From Desulfatiglandales bacterium (lineage in GTDB: Bacteria > Desulfobacterota > DSM-4660 > Desulfatiglandales > HGW-15): a stretch of 64,000 nt of DNA. Positions 50,337 to 60,745 of this stretch are shown here, piece after piece. Positions within the stretch are counted from its first letter, which is position 1, and each line of letters starts with the position of its first letter. Position numbers and translations under genes: made by a program. The notes below the pieces were generated by a model, which saw nothing but the letters and a program-made list of their open reading frames with translations, made no database searches and had not been told where the DNA came from. The DNA lies in assembly GCA_963667015.2 (NCBI GenBank), contig CAXXJJ010000001.1:2368001-2432000 (forward strand), in the 5' to 3' direction.

Positions 50337-51344
50337 ATGTTACTTGTAATGAAAAAAAACGCAACAGAAGAAGAGATTGAAAATGTAATAAATACTATCA
50401 ACGATCAGGGGTATACGCCAAGACCCATTCCCGGAGGGGAAAGGGTATCAATCGGTATCCTTTATAACAAGGGGCCTGTAGATGGTGCGCTTTTTCTGGG
50501 GATGCCCGGTGTACAGGATGCCATACCTGTGACAAAACCCTATAAGCTTGTCAGCCGCGAATTTAAGCCTGAGGGAACGATTGTAGATGTAGGAGGAGTA
50601 AAGGTAGGAAACGGCAATATTGCGATGATTGCAGGGCCATGTGCAGTTGAAAGCGAAGAACAGTGTCTTATTATAGCAAAAAAAGTAAAGGAAGCAGGGG
50701 CCAATATGTTCAGGGGCGGCGCATTCAAACCGAGGACATCTCCCTATTCATTTCAGGGACTTGGACAGGAAGGGCTGAGAATACTTGAAAAGGTAAGGGC
50801 AGAAACAGGATTACCTGTAGTAACCGAGGTTCTGGACCTGACAACATTTGATATGGTTGAAGAGAGTGCAGACCTGATCCAGATCGGGACAAGAAATATG
50901 CAGAATTTCAGCCTTCTTAAAAGAGCAGGGGCCTCAAAAAAGCCTGTCCTTTTAAAGAGGGGTATGGCCGCCACAATAGAAGAATGGCTGATGGCAGCGG
51001 AATACATACTGGCTGAAGGGAATTCACAGGTCATTCTCTGCGAGAGGGGTGTAAGGACATTTGTAAATCACAGCCGGAATACACTTGATCTTTCTGCAGT
51101 ACCTGTTGTCAAAAATGAAAGCCATCTTCCGATTATCATCGATCCGAGTCATGCGGCAGGAAAAAGAGACCAGGTGATTCCTCTGAGCAGAGCCGCAATG
51201 GCTGTTGAGGCAAACGGCCTTATCGTGGAAGTTCATCATGATCCGGGAAGAGCATTGAGCGACGGGGCCCAGTCTTTATATCCCGAACAGTTTGAGCAGC
51301 TTTGCAGGCAGGTAAATACCATCTATAACAGTTTGAAGAACTGA
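50337..51344 (+). CDS. aroF: 3-deoxy-7-phosphoheptulonate (DAHP) synthase, class I-beta with N-terminal regulatory domain
   Basis: IAGPCAVE, FKPRTSPYSFQG, IGTRNMQN, LKRG, CERG, DPSH, SDGAQSL. Confidence 0.95.
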   Translation: MLLVMKKNATEEEIENVINTINDQGYTPRPIPGGERVSIGILYNKGPVDGALFLGMPGVQDAIPVTKPYKLVSREFKPEGTIVDVGGVKVGNGNIAMIAGPCAVESEEQCLIIAKKVKEAGANMFRGGAFKPRTSPYSFQGLGQEGLRILEKVRAETGLPVVTEVLDLTTFDMVEESADLIQIGTRNMQNFSLLKRAGASKKPVLLKRGMAATIEEWLMAAEYILAEGNSQVILCERGVRTFVNHSRNTLDLSAVPVVKNESHLPIIIDPSHAAGKRDQVIPLSRAAMAVEANGLIVEVHHDPGRALSDGAQSLYPEQFEQLCRQVNTIYNSLKN

Positions 51345-51365
51345 ATAAACAGGAGGTATATCCGG

Positions 51366-52592
51366 ATGGAATTTCCAGACCTGCTTGAACGATTTATTTC
51401 ATATGTGAAGATAGATACCAGATCTGACCCGGATTCAGACACCTTTCCTTCAACTGAAAAGCAGTTTGATCTTGCCAGGAAGCTTGCTTCGGAACTGGAT
51501 GATATAGGGCTAACGGATGTCGGTGTGAACAACTACGGGTATGTCACAGGATTTCTTGAAACCAACCGGGATAGTGAAATACCTGTAATTGCACTTATAG
51601 CCCATATGGACACATCTCCTGATGTTACCGGTACAGGAGTAAATCCTAAAATCCACAGGGATTATGACGGTAAAGACATTATCCTGTCAGGAGATCTGGC
51701 TCTTTCCGTGGAGGATAATCCGCTTTTAAAGGAAAAGACAGGCGAAACCATTATTACTACAGACGGCAGTACACTCCTCGGGGCTGACGATAAGGCGGGT
51801 GTTGCAGAAATAATGAGTGCTTTAAATTTTCTGGTTAAAAATCCCGAGTATCCCAGACCGAATATAAAGGTCCTTTTTACTCCTGATGAAGAGGTGGGCA
51901 GGGGTGCAGACAGGATAACTGTCGAAGAGATCGGGGCTGATGCGGGATACACTATAGATGGTGAAAAGCTTGGGGAACTGGAGGATGAAACCTTTTGCGC
52001 CGACTCTGTGGATATAAAAATTAAGGGTATAAATGTACATCCGGGTTATGCAAAGGGAAAAATGTTAAATGCGGTGAAGATCGCGGCGGAAATAATCGAT
52101 GGGTTGCCTCAGGGAGTTGGTGCGCCCGAGAATACTGAGAAAAGGGAAGGGTATATCCATCCCCATGTTCTTACTGCCAGTGTTGATGAGGCTAATATCC
52201 AGATGCTTATCAGGGATTTTGAAGAAAAGGGTCTGATCGAGAAGGAAAAGCTGATAGGTGAGGTAGTCAACAGAATCAGCGATAAATACCCGAAGGCTGA
52301 AATAAGCATGGTTGTTAATGAATCATACCGGAACATGAAACAGGTGCTGGATAAACATCCCGAGGTACTTGAAAAGGCTGAAAAGGCAATCGAAGCGGCC
52401 GGGTTGACTCCCTGCAGAACAAGTATAAGGGGAGGCACCGACGGTGCCAGGTTGAGTTTTATGGGGCTTCCAACCCCAAATCTGTTTACAGGTGGGCATA
52501 ATTTTCACTCCCGTTTTGAATGGATAGCACTTGAAGATATGGAAAAGGCCGCTGAGGTGATTGTCTGGCTTATGAAGGTCTGGACTGAATAA
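51366..52592 (+). CDS. pepT: Peptidase T (tripeptide aminopeptidase)
   Basis: AHMDTS, LLGADDKAG, FTPDEEVG, HPGYAKGKM, IRGGTDG, HNFHS. Confidence 0.95.
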   Translation: MEFPDLLERFISYVKIDTRSDPDSDTFPSTEKQFDLARKLASELDDIGLTDVGVNNYGYVTGFLETNRDSEIPVIALIAHMDTSPDVTGTGVNPKIHRDYDGKDIILSGDLALSVEDNPLLKEKTGETIITTDGSTLLGADDKAGVAEIMSALNFLVKNPEYPRPNIKVLFTPDEEVGRGADRITVEEIGADAGYTIDGEKLGELEDETFCADSVDIKIKGINVHPGYAKGKMLNAVKIAAEIIDGLPQGVGAPENTEKREGYIHPHVLTASVDEANIQMLIRDFEEKGLIEKEKLIGEVVNRISDKYPKAEISMVVNESYRNMKQVLDKHPEVLEKAEKAIEAAGLTPCRTSIRGGTDGARLSFMGLPTPNLFTGGHNFHSRFEWIALEDMEKAAEVIVWLMKVWTE

Positions 52593-52597
52593 AATAA

Positions 52598-55500
52598 ATG
52601 AGTATTTCCGAAGAAATTAAAAAAATAAAAACCCTTCTTCCTTCCACCATGCTGAAGGAGAGGGCTGTTATTTCCTACAGGCTTAAAAAGCTTCAAAATC
52701 CTGGTAAAAAGGACAGAGGATCGAAAAAGTCACCTTCGAATATCCTTTCGGGTCTGCTTGCACGGGCAGAGAAGTCCGTGCTGGAAAGAGAAAAAAGGCA
52801 GGCCAATATCCCGAAGATTTCATATCCTGAAGAGCTGCCCATTGCCTCAAAAAAAGATGAAATAGTCGCAGCAATAAGGGATAGCCAGGTCCTTATTATT
52901 TCCGGGGAAACGGGATCAGGTAAGAGTACACAGATACCCAAGATGTGTATCGAGGCAGGGCGCGGCATTTCAGGTAAGATAGGCTGCACCCAGCCAAGGC
53001 GTATTGCGGCATCAACCATATCCAGAAGAATAGCCGAAGAGCTGGGTGAGAAACTGGGGAAGTCTGTTGGCTACAAGGTCCGGTTCAGGGACCGAACCCC
53101 TCCCGATGCCTATATAAAGGTAATGACAGACGGAATGCTCCTTGCCGAAACCCAGGGAGATGGTTTTTTAAATGAGTATGACACCCTGATAATCGACGAG
53201 GCTCATGAGCGCAGCCTTAATATTGATTTTATCCTCGGCATATTAAGGACACTTATCCCGAAGCGCCCGGAACTTAAGATAATAATTACCTCCGCTACAC
53301 TTGATACCGAGAGGTTTTCAAAGGCCTTTAACAATGCCCCTGTTATACATGTAAGCGGCAGGCTTTATCCTGTTGAGCTCAGGTACAACCCCATTGATCC
53401 TGAGCAGGAGGAAAAGGGGGATGTTACCTATGTGGATCTGGCAGTTCAGACGGTTGATGACCTGAAGGATAAAAGGCAGAGGGGAGACATACTTATCTTT
53501 ATGCCCACTGAACAGGATATCCTTGAGACGTGTGAAAGGCTGTCCGGCAGAAACTACAGGGATAACCCGACCGTGCTTCCCCTGTTTGCGCGTCTTCCAT
53601 CATCCATGCAGCAGAGAATATACAGCGTAAAGACTAGCAAGATTGTTGTGGCGACCAACGTGGCTGAGACATCACTTACCATTCCTGGAATCAGGTATGT
53701 GATCGATACAGGCCTGGCACGTATAGCAAGATATCTGCCAAGGACCAGGACAAACAGCCTGCCTGTAAGTACTATCAGCCGTAGCAGCGCGGATCAGAGA
53801 AAGGGGCGTGCAGGCCGTGTACAGAGCGGAGTCTGTATAAGATTATATGCGGAAAAGGATTTTGAAAATCGTGAGGAGTTTACTCCGCCCGAAATCCTGA
53901 GAGCCAACCTCGCAGAGGTCATACTTCGCATGATAGACCTCAAACTTGGAGAGCCTTCCCGTTTCCCGTTTATCGATCCACCCGGCGACAGGAGTATCAA
54001 GGACGGTTTTGACCTGCTTGAAGAGCTTGGCGCAATAGAGAGTCATCGCGGCAGAAGGATTCTTACTGAAAAGGGACGGCTCATGGCAAGGATGCCCCTG
54101 GACCCGAGAATCAGCAGGATGATGATAGAGGCATGCAAAGAAGGATATGTTGAAGAGACCGCGATAATTGCCGGAATACTGAGTATACAGGATCCAAGGG
54201 AGAGACCCTTGGATAAGGCCGCCCAGGCTGATCAGATGCATGCACCCTTTAAGGATAATGATTCGGATTTTTTTACACTCTTAAAGATCTGGAAGCAGTA
54301 TCATCGGCAGTGGAAGGAACTTAAAACCCAGAACAGGATGCGCAAATTCTGCAGGGACCACTTTTTGTCATTCCCGAGAATGAGGGAGTGGGCCTACACA
54401 TATGACCAGATAATGACCATAATAAGAGAGCAGAAGGTATCTGTCACTTTGCTGCCTGAAAAAAACGATTCAGAGTCACGCTATGCAGGTATTCACAGGG
54501 CTATACTCAGCGGCTTTTTATCCAATATTGCAGTTCTCAAAGAAAAAAATATCTACAGGGCGACACGGGGAAGGGAGGTAATGATCTTTCCGGGTTCGGG
54601 GCTCTTTAATAAAAACCCTGCATGGATAGTGGCAACAGAGATGGTTAAGACATCCAGGCTCTTTGCAAGGAATGTGGGGAGGATTGATCCGGCATGGCTA
54701 GAAACCCTGGGGGGAAGCCTGTGCAAATATTCCTATGCCGATGCCCACTGGGAAAAGAGCAGGGGAGAGGTGGTGGCGTCTGAAAATGTATCCCTCTACG
54801 GCCTGCCCATTGTAACCGGCCGTTCCGTATCCTATGGACGGATCAATCCAAAGGAAGCGCATGAGGTTTTTGTACGCTCCGGGCTTGTTGAAAATAATAT
54901 CAAAGAGAAGTTTTCCTTTCTGGATCATAACCTGGCGCTTCTTAAAAAATTTGAAAACATGGAGAACAAGCTAAGGCGAAGAGATCTGCTTGCCGGAGAA
55001 GATGCACTGGCAGCATTTTACTCTGACAGGCTGAATGGGATATGTGATTCGAGGAGCCTCGCCAGGATGATAAGGGAGAACTGTTCCGATGATTTCCTGA
55101 AGATGACAGAGGATGATATTATTCTCTCAATGCCTGACAGGGCTGATCTTAGTCTCTTCCCTGATGAATTAAAGATAGGAAGTGTAAGGCTCCGGACCTC
55201 ATACAGCTTTTCACCCGGAAAGGAAGATGACGGCCTTACAATAAAAATACCTTCTGCTTTTGTATCCAGCATTACACCTGAATCCCTGGAATGGGGAGTC
55301 GAAGGTTTTATGGAGGAAAAGCTGACGGCTCTAATCAAGGGACTCCCCAAACGATACCGAAAACAGCTTGTTCCAGTATCAAATACGGTGGATATAATTA
55401 TAAAGGAGATGGAAATAGGCGGCCAGTCTCCAATCAATACACTGTCGCGTTTTGTCTATACCCGGTTCAAGGTGAGTATCCCTGCCGAGGTATGGGAACA

Positions 55501-56530
55501 GGTGGAGATACCCGACTACCTGCGCACCAGGATTGCTATAACTGATAACAGTGGAAAAGAGTTAAAGGCAGGAAGAAATATACCTGATCTGTTAAATAAC
55601 CGGGAACAGCAGCCCGCTGATATGAAGCAGTTCGATAATCTGAAAAAAGAGTGGGAAAGAAAAGGTCTTACCTCATGGGATTTTGAAAGTCTGCCGGAGA
55701 GTATTGAGACAGGAACTCCTGTTAAACTCTATCCCGCTCTTGAACCTTATAACGGGAAGGTAAATATACGCCTTTACCAGGATAAGGAGCTTGCCCTTAG
55801 GGTGCACTGTATGGGTGTCCAGGAACTGTTAAATATCAGGCTTGCAAAGGATATAAAGTTTTTAAGACGGGACTGGCCCTTTCCCGGAGAGGCAGCAAGG
55901 GCGGCAGTATATTTTGGAGGGGAATCCGCGCTCTGTAATGTTATGTATGAAGGACTCCTGAAAAGACTTTTGAGGAAAAACATCCGGACCAGGGAAGATT
56001 TTGAGGTTTTATCAAATGATCTTCCCGGTATGATGCTGGATGAATACAGAGGCCTCAGGGAACAGGCCTTAAAGGTTATCCTGGCTTACAGCCATGCACG
56101 AAGCCTTATCGATGACATGGAAAAGGCTAAAAAGATAAGCCCCGCAGGGCTTATTCTCTGTGCGGAATTAAGAAAACAGGCAGAAAGGCTTATTCCACGG
56201 AGTTTTCCGGATATCTATTCACTCAAGGATATGTCAGAGCTTCCAAGGTACTTGAGGGCAATGGAAGTCAGAGTGGAAAGGGGCGTATATAACCTTGAAA
56301 AGGATGCGGAAAAGGCAAAACTGGTTGAAGAGTATGAAAACATACTCGGGAGCATGCTTGAGAGCCTGTCTCCATATGCTTCTGTAGAAAAGAAAGAGGG
56401 CATTGAACAGTTAAGGTGGATGATAGAGGAGTACAGGGTTTCGGTGTTTGCACCTGAGGTTGGTACTGCATTTCCTGTTTCTGCAAAACGGCTGAAGAAG
56501 CATATAGAACAACTGGAGATGATTGTTTAA
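52598..56530 (+). CDS. hrpA: ATP-dependent RNA helicase HrpA
   Basis: GETGSGKSTQ, TQPRRIAA, DEAHERSLNIDF, SAT, ATNVAETSLT, QRKGRAGR, WMIEEYRVSVFA. Confidence 0.95.
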   Translation: MSISEEIKKIKTLLPSTMLKERAVISYRLKKLQNPGKKDRGSKKSPSNILSGLLARAEKSVLEREKRQANIPKISYPEELPIASKKDEIVAAIRDSQVLIISGETGSGKSTQIPKMCIEAGRGISGKIGCTQPRRIAASTISRRIAEELGEKLGKSVGYKVRFRDRTPPDAYIKVMTDGMLLAETQGDGFLNEYDTLIIDEAHERSLNIDFILGILRTLIPKRPELKIIITSATLDTERFSKAFNNAPVIHVSGRLYPVELRYNPIDPEQEEKGDVTYVDLAVQTVDDLKDKRQRGDILIFMPTEQDILETCERLSGRNYRDNPTVLPLFARLPSSMQQRIYSVKTSKIVVATNVAETSLTIPGIRYVIDTGLARIARYLPRTRTNSLPVSTISRSSADQRKGRAGRVQSGVCIRLYAEKDFENREEFTPPEILRANLAEVILRMIDLKLGEPSRFPFIDPPGDRSIKDGFDLLEELGAIESHRGRRILTEKGRLMARMPLDPRISRMMIEACKEGYVEETAIIAGILSIQDPRERPLDKAAQADQMHAPFKDNDSDFFTLLKIWKQYHRQWKELKTQNRMRKFCRDHFLSFPRMREWAYTYDQIMTIIREQKVSVTLLPEKNDSESRYAGIHRAILSGFLSNIAVLKEKNIYRATRGREVMIFPGSGLFNKNPAWIVATEMVKTSRLFARNVGRIDPAWLETLGGSLCKYSYADAHWEKSRGEVVASENVSLYGLPIVTGRSVSYGRINPKEAHEVFVRSGLVENNIKEKFSFLDHNLALLKKFENMENKLRRRDLLAGEDALAAFYSDRLNGICDSRSLARMIRENCSDDFLKMTEDDIILSMPDRADLSLFPDELKIGSVRLRTSYSFSPGKEDDGLTIKIPSAFVSSITPESLEWGVEGFMEEKLTALIKGLPKRYRKQLVPVSNTVDIIIKEMEIGGQSPINTLSRFVYTRFKVSIPAEVWEQVEIPDYLRTRIAITDNSGKELKAGRNIPDLLNNREQQPADMKQFDNLKKEWERKGLTSWDFESLPESIETGTPVKLYPALEPYNGKVNIRLYQDKELALRVHCMGVQELLNIRLAKDIKFLRRDWPFPGEAARAAVYFGGESALCNVMYEGLLKRLLRKNIRTREDFEVLSNDLPGMMLDEYRGLREQALKVILAYSHARSLIDDMEKAKKISPAGLILCAELRKQAERLIPRSFPDIYSLKDMSELPRYLRAMEVRVERGVYNLEKDAEKAKLVEEYENILGSMLESLSPYASVEKKEGIEQLRWMIEEYRVSVFAPEVGTAFPVSAKRLKKHIEQLEMIV

Positions 56531-56631
56531 CCGGATGCCCTTGTTCCACTTAACTGTCCATTAAGATCGACAACCTATTTTTGTAAAATAACTGCAATTT
56601 CCATGACTTGAGTAGTTTTTTAAAGATATTT

Positions 56632-56665
56632 AACCCCTGTCCCATAAATTTATGGGACAGGGGTT
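56632..56665. repeat. Perfect 34-bp palindrome
   Basis: AACCCCTGTCCCATAAA|TTTATGGGACAGGGGTT. Confidence 0.8.
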
Positions 56666-56716
56666 TTAATCATTCTGTAATATCTTATCCATCGTCACTG
56701 CTATTATTAACATATA

Positions 56717-56923
56717 TTAATGAGGCAATGGCACACATCTTTTCACAGTCTTTTCACATAAAAATGAAAAAATACCTTGAATTCTGATGATAGCATCATT
56801 AAAATTGCTTATATCTTTGCGCCGGTAGAAAAACCGATTCCTATATCTGAGAATGATTATGCAGTGCCATGGGATATGATAACTGCAGCTAATCCGACCA
56901 CAAACGCTTCTTAAGCTTTTCAT
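56717..56923 (-). pseudogene. Possible decayed IS200/IS605 TnpA N-terminus
   Basis: CSYHIPW...RYRNRFFY resembles the TnpA C.YH.VW..KYR....Y start. Confidence 0.3.
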
Positions 56924-57052
56924 CCCAGTTCGGATGAAAATCGAGAAAGGTTTGCGAAGAGTGTAATCATTGGCACTTCAAATTCGGTAATATCATGCAA
57001 TCCAAAACAAAAAAATGCAGCATTGCTGCGGGGGTTTAAAGAATCAAATTAT

Positions 57053-57205
57053 TTAATGAGCCTGGATCTGTTTACCAATTCTCCAGCCTGCGCCGGTTGC
57101 TTTGGGAATAATTGCAGGATAATCACAGTCACCAACATTATAAAGCTCAGGAACTTTGCCCTTGAGTAATTCATAGAAGTAGGTGTTTGCTATAAAACCT
57201 AAATG
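57053..57205 (-). pseudogene. Orphan C-terminal fragment of a flavin oxidoreductase
   Basis: ...ANTYFYELLKGKVPELYNVGDCDYPAIIPKATGAGWRIGKQIQAH*, matching the C-termini of 193..2313 and 7179..9116. Confidence 0.65.
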
Positions 57206-57237
57206 ATCTTCATTTGAAAAATAACGATTTGAATATT

Positions 57238-57268
57238 GTCGGGTTGCTTCGCTTAACCCAACCTACGA
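57238..57268 (-). repeat. GTAG-type REP-like element
   Basis: Minus strand CGTAGGTTGGGTTAAGCGAAGCAACCCGAC. Confidence 0.6.
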
Positions 57269-57557
57269 ACTTATTTATGGTCACTGTTTCAGTTATAAAG
57301 ATTTTAAAAATTATCAGCTAAGTAATTGCCCTGTATATCAATCTGTGAATTTCAGTTAATATCAATAGATTAGACGATAGGGATGTCTGGGCGATAAAAT
57401 GTATTGTATAGAAATTTTATATCTGAACTTGATATATATCAAATATATCCCAACTTTTAATAGGCTTAAAAAACCTTGGATATATAGCAGTGATATGCAA
57501 TCAAGGCTTCCATCTGATTTAACAGTATCAGTCTATCCATATGCCTTTATTTCTTCC

Positions 57558-57596
57558 TTGACAAAATATTAATTGTTCTATTACCATTAGAACAAT
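57558..57596 (+). promoter_or_regulatory. Promoter and GntR operator palindrome; probably leaderless transcript
   Basis: TTGACA 57558-63, TACCAT 57582-87; ATTGTTCTA-N7-TAGAACAAT 57572-96 overlapping the ATG; no RBS. Confidence 0.75.
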
Positions 57597-57939
57597 GTTA
57601 ATTCAAGTTAATGAAAATTCCACTGAACCTCTTTTTCAGCAGATTGCATCCCAGATCCGCCGGGCCATTGCAACAGGAGAAGTGCGTGTTGGTGACAGGC
57701 TGCCCACAGCACGGGAACTGGCCGATTCGCTTGCTGTTAATATGCATACTGTATTGCGCGCGCTGGCAGAGCTTCGGGATGAAGGACTGGTTCAGATGCG
57801 GCGTGGACGGGGTGTGACTGTTGCGGGCGATGGTAAACTGGCAAAGCTCCGGCAGCAGGCTCGAAACTTTATAGGAGAAGCCAAGAGGCAGGGACTATCG
57901 CTGAAAGAGATCCATGAACTACTGGAGGAATATCTATGA
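57595..57939 (+). CDS. GntR family (YtrA-type) transcriptional regulator
   Basis: PLFQQIA, GDRLPTARELA, VNMHTVLRA, RRGRG. Confidence 0.9.
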   Translation: MLIQVNENSTEPLFQQIASQIRRAIATGEVRVGDRLPTARELADSLAVNMHTVLRALAELRDEGLVQMRRGRGVTVAGDGKLAKLRQQARNFIGEAKRQGLSLKEIHELLEEYL

Positions 57940-58904
57940 ACTTAAGAGCTAATGAAACATCAATACGCAGGATTCTAGGAATTATGCTGCCTTCCAGTTT
58001 CATCATTCTTAATATGCTTCCCTTCTTCCTGTTCCGGGAACGACTCCCGAACCTAGTTGCAGTGCATTGGGATTTAGATGGAAGCCCAAACGGTTCGATG
58101 CAATTATTTTTATTATTCATCTTTACTCTGATTTTCGTCGGAATTCCGGCTATTGTAATGTTTTTTTCTTCGCGCAGGAAACCCGTCTACAAATATGGCA
58201 TGTCCCGCGTAATGTCTGTCATGGCATTTAGCTGTACTCTGATTACCTGTGTTAGTTGGTTGATAACATACAATAATCTTGATGTTTCTGACTGGGCTAA
58301 GGCGGTTGTCGAAGGAGGGATTCTTGTCGGGTTGATTATTCAACTGGTTGCATCATGTCTGATGGCAGGTCTTGCCTTTTGGCTTGGAAGCCTGGTCGAG
58401 TTACCTGAACAACCTGTGCCTGCTTTACCAAGCGCTAATCTTAAACCGGATAACCGTGCAGTATGGATCGGTACTGCATATTCAATGTGGAGCCTACCAT
58501 TATTGGTCGGATGTATGGGACTTGGCATCTTTTTTCTTATAAAGCATTTTTATCCGCTTGCCCTGATAATGATTCTTGTGGCAATTTTATGTATTCCATT
58601 TATGTCAATAAGGCTGCTCGCAGACAGTCATGGAGTAAAGTTATCATTTGGTCCCATGAACTGGCCAAGAAAACTTATTCCACTGGAGGCGATCTGTCAG
58701 GCTAGAGCTGTAGAGATTATCCCTATGCAGCATGGAGGCTGGGGTTATCGTGGATCAATGAAGTTTAAGGGCCGTGTGTCTCTTGTACTGCGTGGCGGTG
58801 AGGGGCTGGAACTCGGCCTGGAGAACAACAAAAAGCTGTTTATTACTGTGGATAAGGCAGAGCAAGGCGCTGGCTTAATAAATGATCTCATTGCAAGGCA
58901 CTGA
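57936..58904 (+). CDS. DUF1648-domain membrane protein (SdpI/YhfL-like)
   Basis: LPNLVAVHWDLDGSPNG, GGWGYR, TM helices; ATGA overlap with gntR. Confidence 0.8.
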   Translation: MNLRANETSIRRILGIMLPSSFIILNMLPFFLFRERLPNLVAVHWDLDGSPNGSMQLFLLFIFTLIFVGIPAIVMFFSSRRKPVYKYGMSRVMSVMAFSCTLITCVSWLITYNNLDVSDWAKAVVEGGILVGLIIQLVASCLMAGLAFWLGSLVELPEQPVPALPSANLKPDNRAVWIGTAYSMWSLPLLVGCMGLGIFFLIKHFYPLALIMILVAILCIPFMSIRLLADSHGVKLSFGPMNWPRKLIPLEAICQARAVEIIPMQHGGWGYRGSMKFKGRVSLVLRGGEGLELGLENNKKLFITVDKAEQGAGLINDLIARH

Positions 58905-58926
58905 TAAAATATAAAAAGGGAGAAAA

Positions 58927-59436
58927 ATGGAAATTATAATACGACCGCCAATATTATATCCGATTGGCCTTACCATTTTCTTTTCTCTTATTTTTTTAGG
59001 TATATTTACTAAATGGAACTATGGAAAATTGCAAAAATATTTCGGTATAATCGTTGCTACCGCAATATTTTTATTGCTTTTTGCCATAGCGATCCAAAAG
59101 AATTCAATGAATGTCAATAAGTCAGGCCTGAATTTCTCAGGAAATCTTAATGTAGTTCTTTCATGGGATGATATAAAATCGGTTAATTATCAGAAAAATT
59201 ACATTGCTGCCGGATATGAGCTTGCTCATAAGAAGTGGGGCACAAACCCCCCGGGACATAATGCTGGATACTTTCAATTAGCAAATAATAAAATGGCATT
59301 TTGCATAGTAAGCGGCTCTGCAAAAGATGCTATTGTTATCGAAACTAACAAAGATCTCTATTTATTGTCATTTAAAAATTTAACAGAAGTCTTTAAAGAA
59401 ATTTCAAAATATACAACTGTTGAGAATGAGTCATAA
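58927..59436 (+). CDS. Membrane protein with bacterial PH-like domain
   Basis: 2 TM segments, WDDIKSV, KWGTN.PG..AGYFQL. Confidence 0.65.
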   Translation: MEIIIRPPILYPIGLTIFFSLIFLGIFTKWNYGKLQKYFGIIVATAIFLLLFAIAIQKNSMNVNKSGLNFSGNLNVVLSWDDIKSVNYQKNYIAAGYELAHKKWGTNPPGHNAGYFQLANNKMAFCIVSGSAKDAIVIETNKDLYLLSFKNLTEVFKEISKYTTVENES

Positions 59437-59707
59437 AATAAACTACCCATCAATTTGCTGCAGGTGACAGCGTAAGAACTACGTCTCTGAACAAAATGCT
59501 AAAAGTACAGATATCTTGCCTTATGTTGCGAGTTCACTTAACCCATTGAAAAAAGGAAGTTATCAGAACAAGTCTTCGGATATTTCAAATAACCATAAAA
59601 AGCAATGAGTTATCCTGCTTTTTGATGATGACAGAGATAGAACTGATAACATAATAATATTCCGCCTATTATACTTATTCCTTTAACCGGCAGGATGTTC
59701 TCCCGGT

Positions 59708-60745
59708 CTATAAACTATCAAGCCATGCCATCATATCTTTGTCACTCTCCCATTGAAGTAGGTCTTGTATTTTTGAATCGGATATGATTACCGATTTCAT
59801 ATATCTGATAAAGAGCTTTTGTATATCGCGTTTGTGCTTGAGATCAAGATGGAGATAAATAGTTGTTGACTGGATATTGTCATGTCCTAAACGGTTTTTA
59901 ATATCCGTGATAGATTCACCGCGGTAAAGGAGGTCCACTGCTCTTGAATGCCGGAAACTGTGTGCAGGGTTGATGTACTTTAGTCGTTTTGCCGGGATGG
60001 CTATAGAAAGGTATTTTTTACAGAGACGATAAATACCATGCCTTGTAAGCTCTTCTCTTCTTTGATTGATAAAGATACGGTGTTTGTATTGCGCTTTCGG
60101 CTCTACACGATATTTTTTGATATAAAGCTGCAAGAGCTGAGAAGTTCTTTTTTCAAGTGGTATGATGCGGAAGCGATTCCCCTTTCCCAGGATGGCAAGT
60201 GTATTATGGTCAGGATCGAAGTAATCGATATTAAGGGCTGTGATCTCACTGGCCCTGGCCCCTGAGTCATAGAGAAGATGAAGCAGGGTATAATCGCGGA
60301 AGCCGTCCCTTTTTTTGATGTCTACACATTGAAAGACCTTTAGAATCTCATCCTGATAGAGAAATCCTACCAGCGTTTTCTGAGTGCGCTTCTGGGGAAT
60401 ATTAAGTATCCTGTCTGCCAGTTCCCTGTATTCGGGACACATAAACCGGATCATTTTAGCAAAGGACTTAATGGCAGCCAGTCTTTGATTCCGGGTCTTT
60501 GCAAGATTATTACGCTCAATCTGCAGTTCGTTCAGGAATGCAATAATCACCTCTGATGAGATATGCTCCACCTTGAGAGAGCTTATTTTGTTGTCATAAT
60601 ATTTTGCAATAAAAGGCAGAAAAAGCCTGAAGGTATCACGGTAGGATTTGACAGTATTATGACTTACTCCCTTGATGTGGGGAAGGTATTGTTCAAAGAA
60701 CTTATGGACAGCAGTAGATATCTTCATTCCTTCCTCTTCTGCCAT
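59708..60745 (-). CDS. Tyrosine recombinase (RitC-like)
   Basis: SHNTVKSYRDTF, TRNQRLAAIKSF, GARASE, GKG, HSFRH, LGH, IY. Confidence 0.9.
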   Translation of the reverse strand: MAEEEGMKISTAVHKFFEQYLPHIKGVSHNTVKSYRDTFRLFLPFIAKYYDNKISSLKVEHISSEVIIAFLNELQIERNNLAKTRNQRLAAIKSFAKMIRFMCPEYRELADRILNIPQKRTQKTLVGFLYQDEILKVFQCVDIKKRDGFRDYTLLHLLYDSGARASEITALNIDYFDPDHNTLAILGKGNRFRIIPLEKRTSQLLQLYIKKYRVEPKAQYKHRIFINQRREELTRHGIYRLCKKYLSIAIPAKRLKYINPAHSFRHSRAVDLLYRGESITDIKNRLGHDNIQSTTIYLHLDLKHKRDIQKLFIRYMKSVIISDSKIQDLLQWESDKDMMAWLDSL

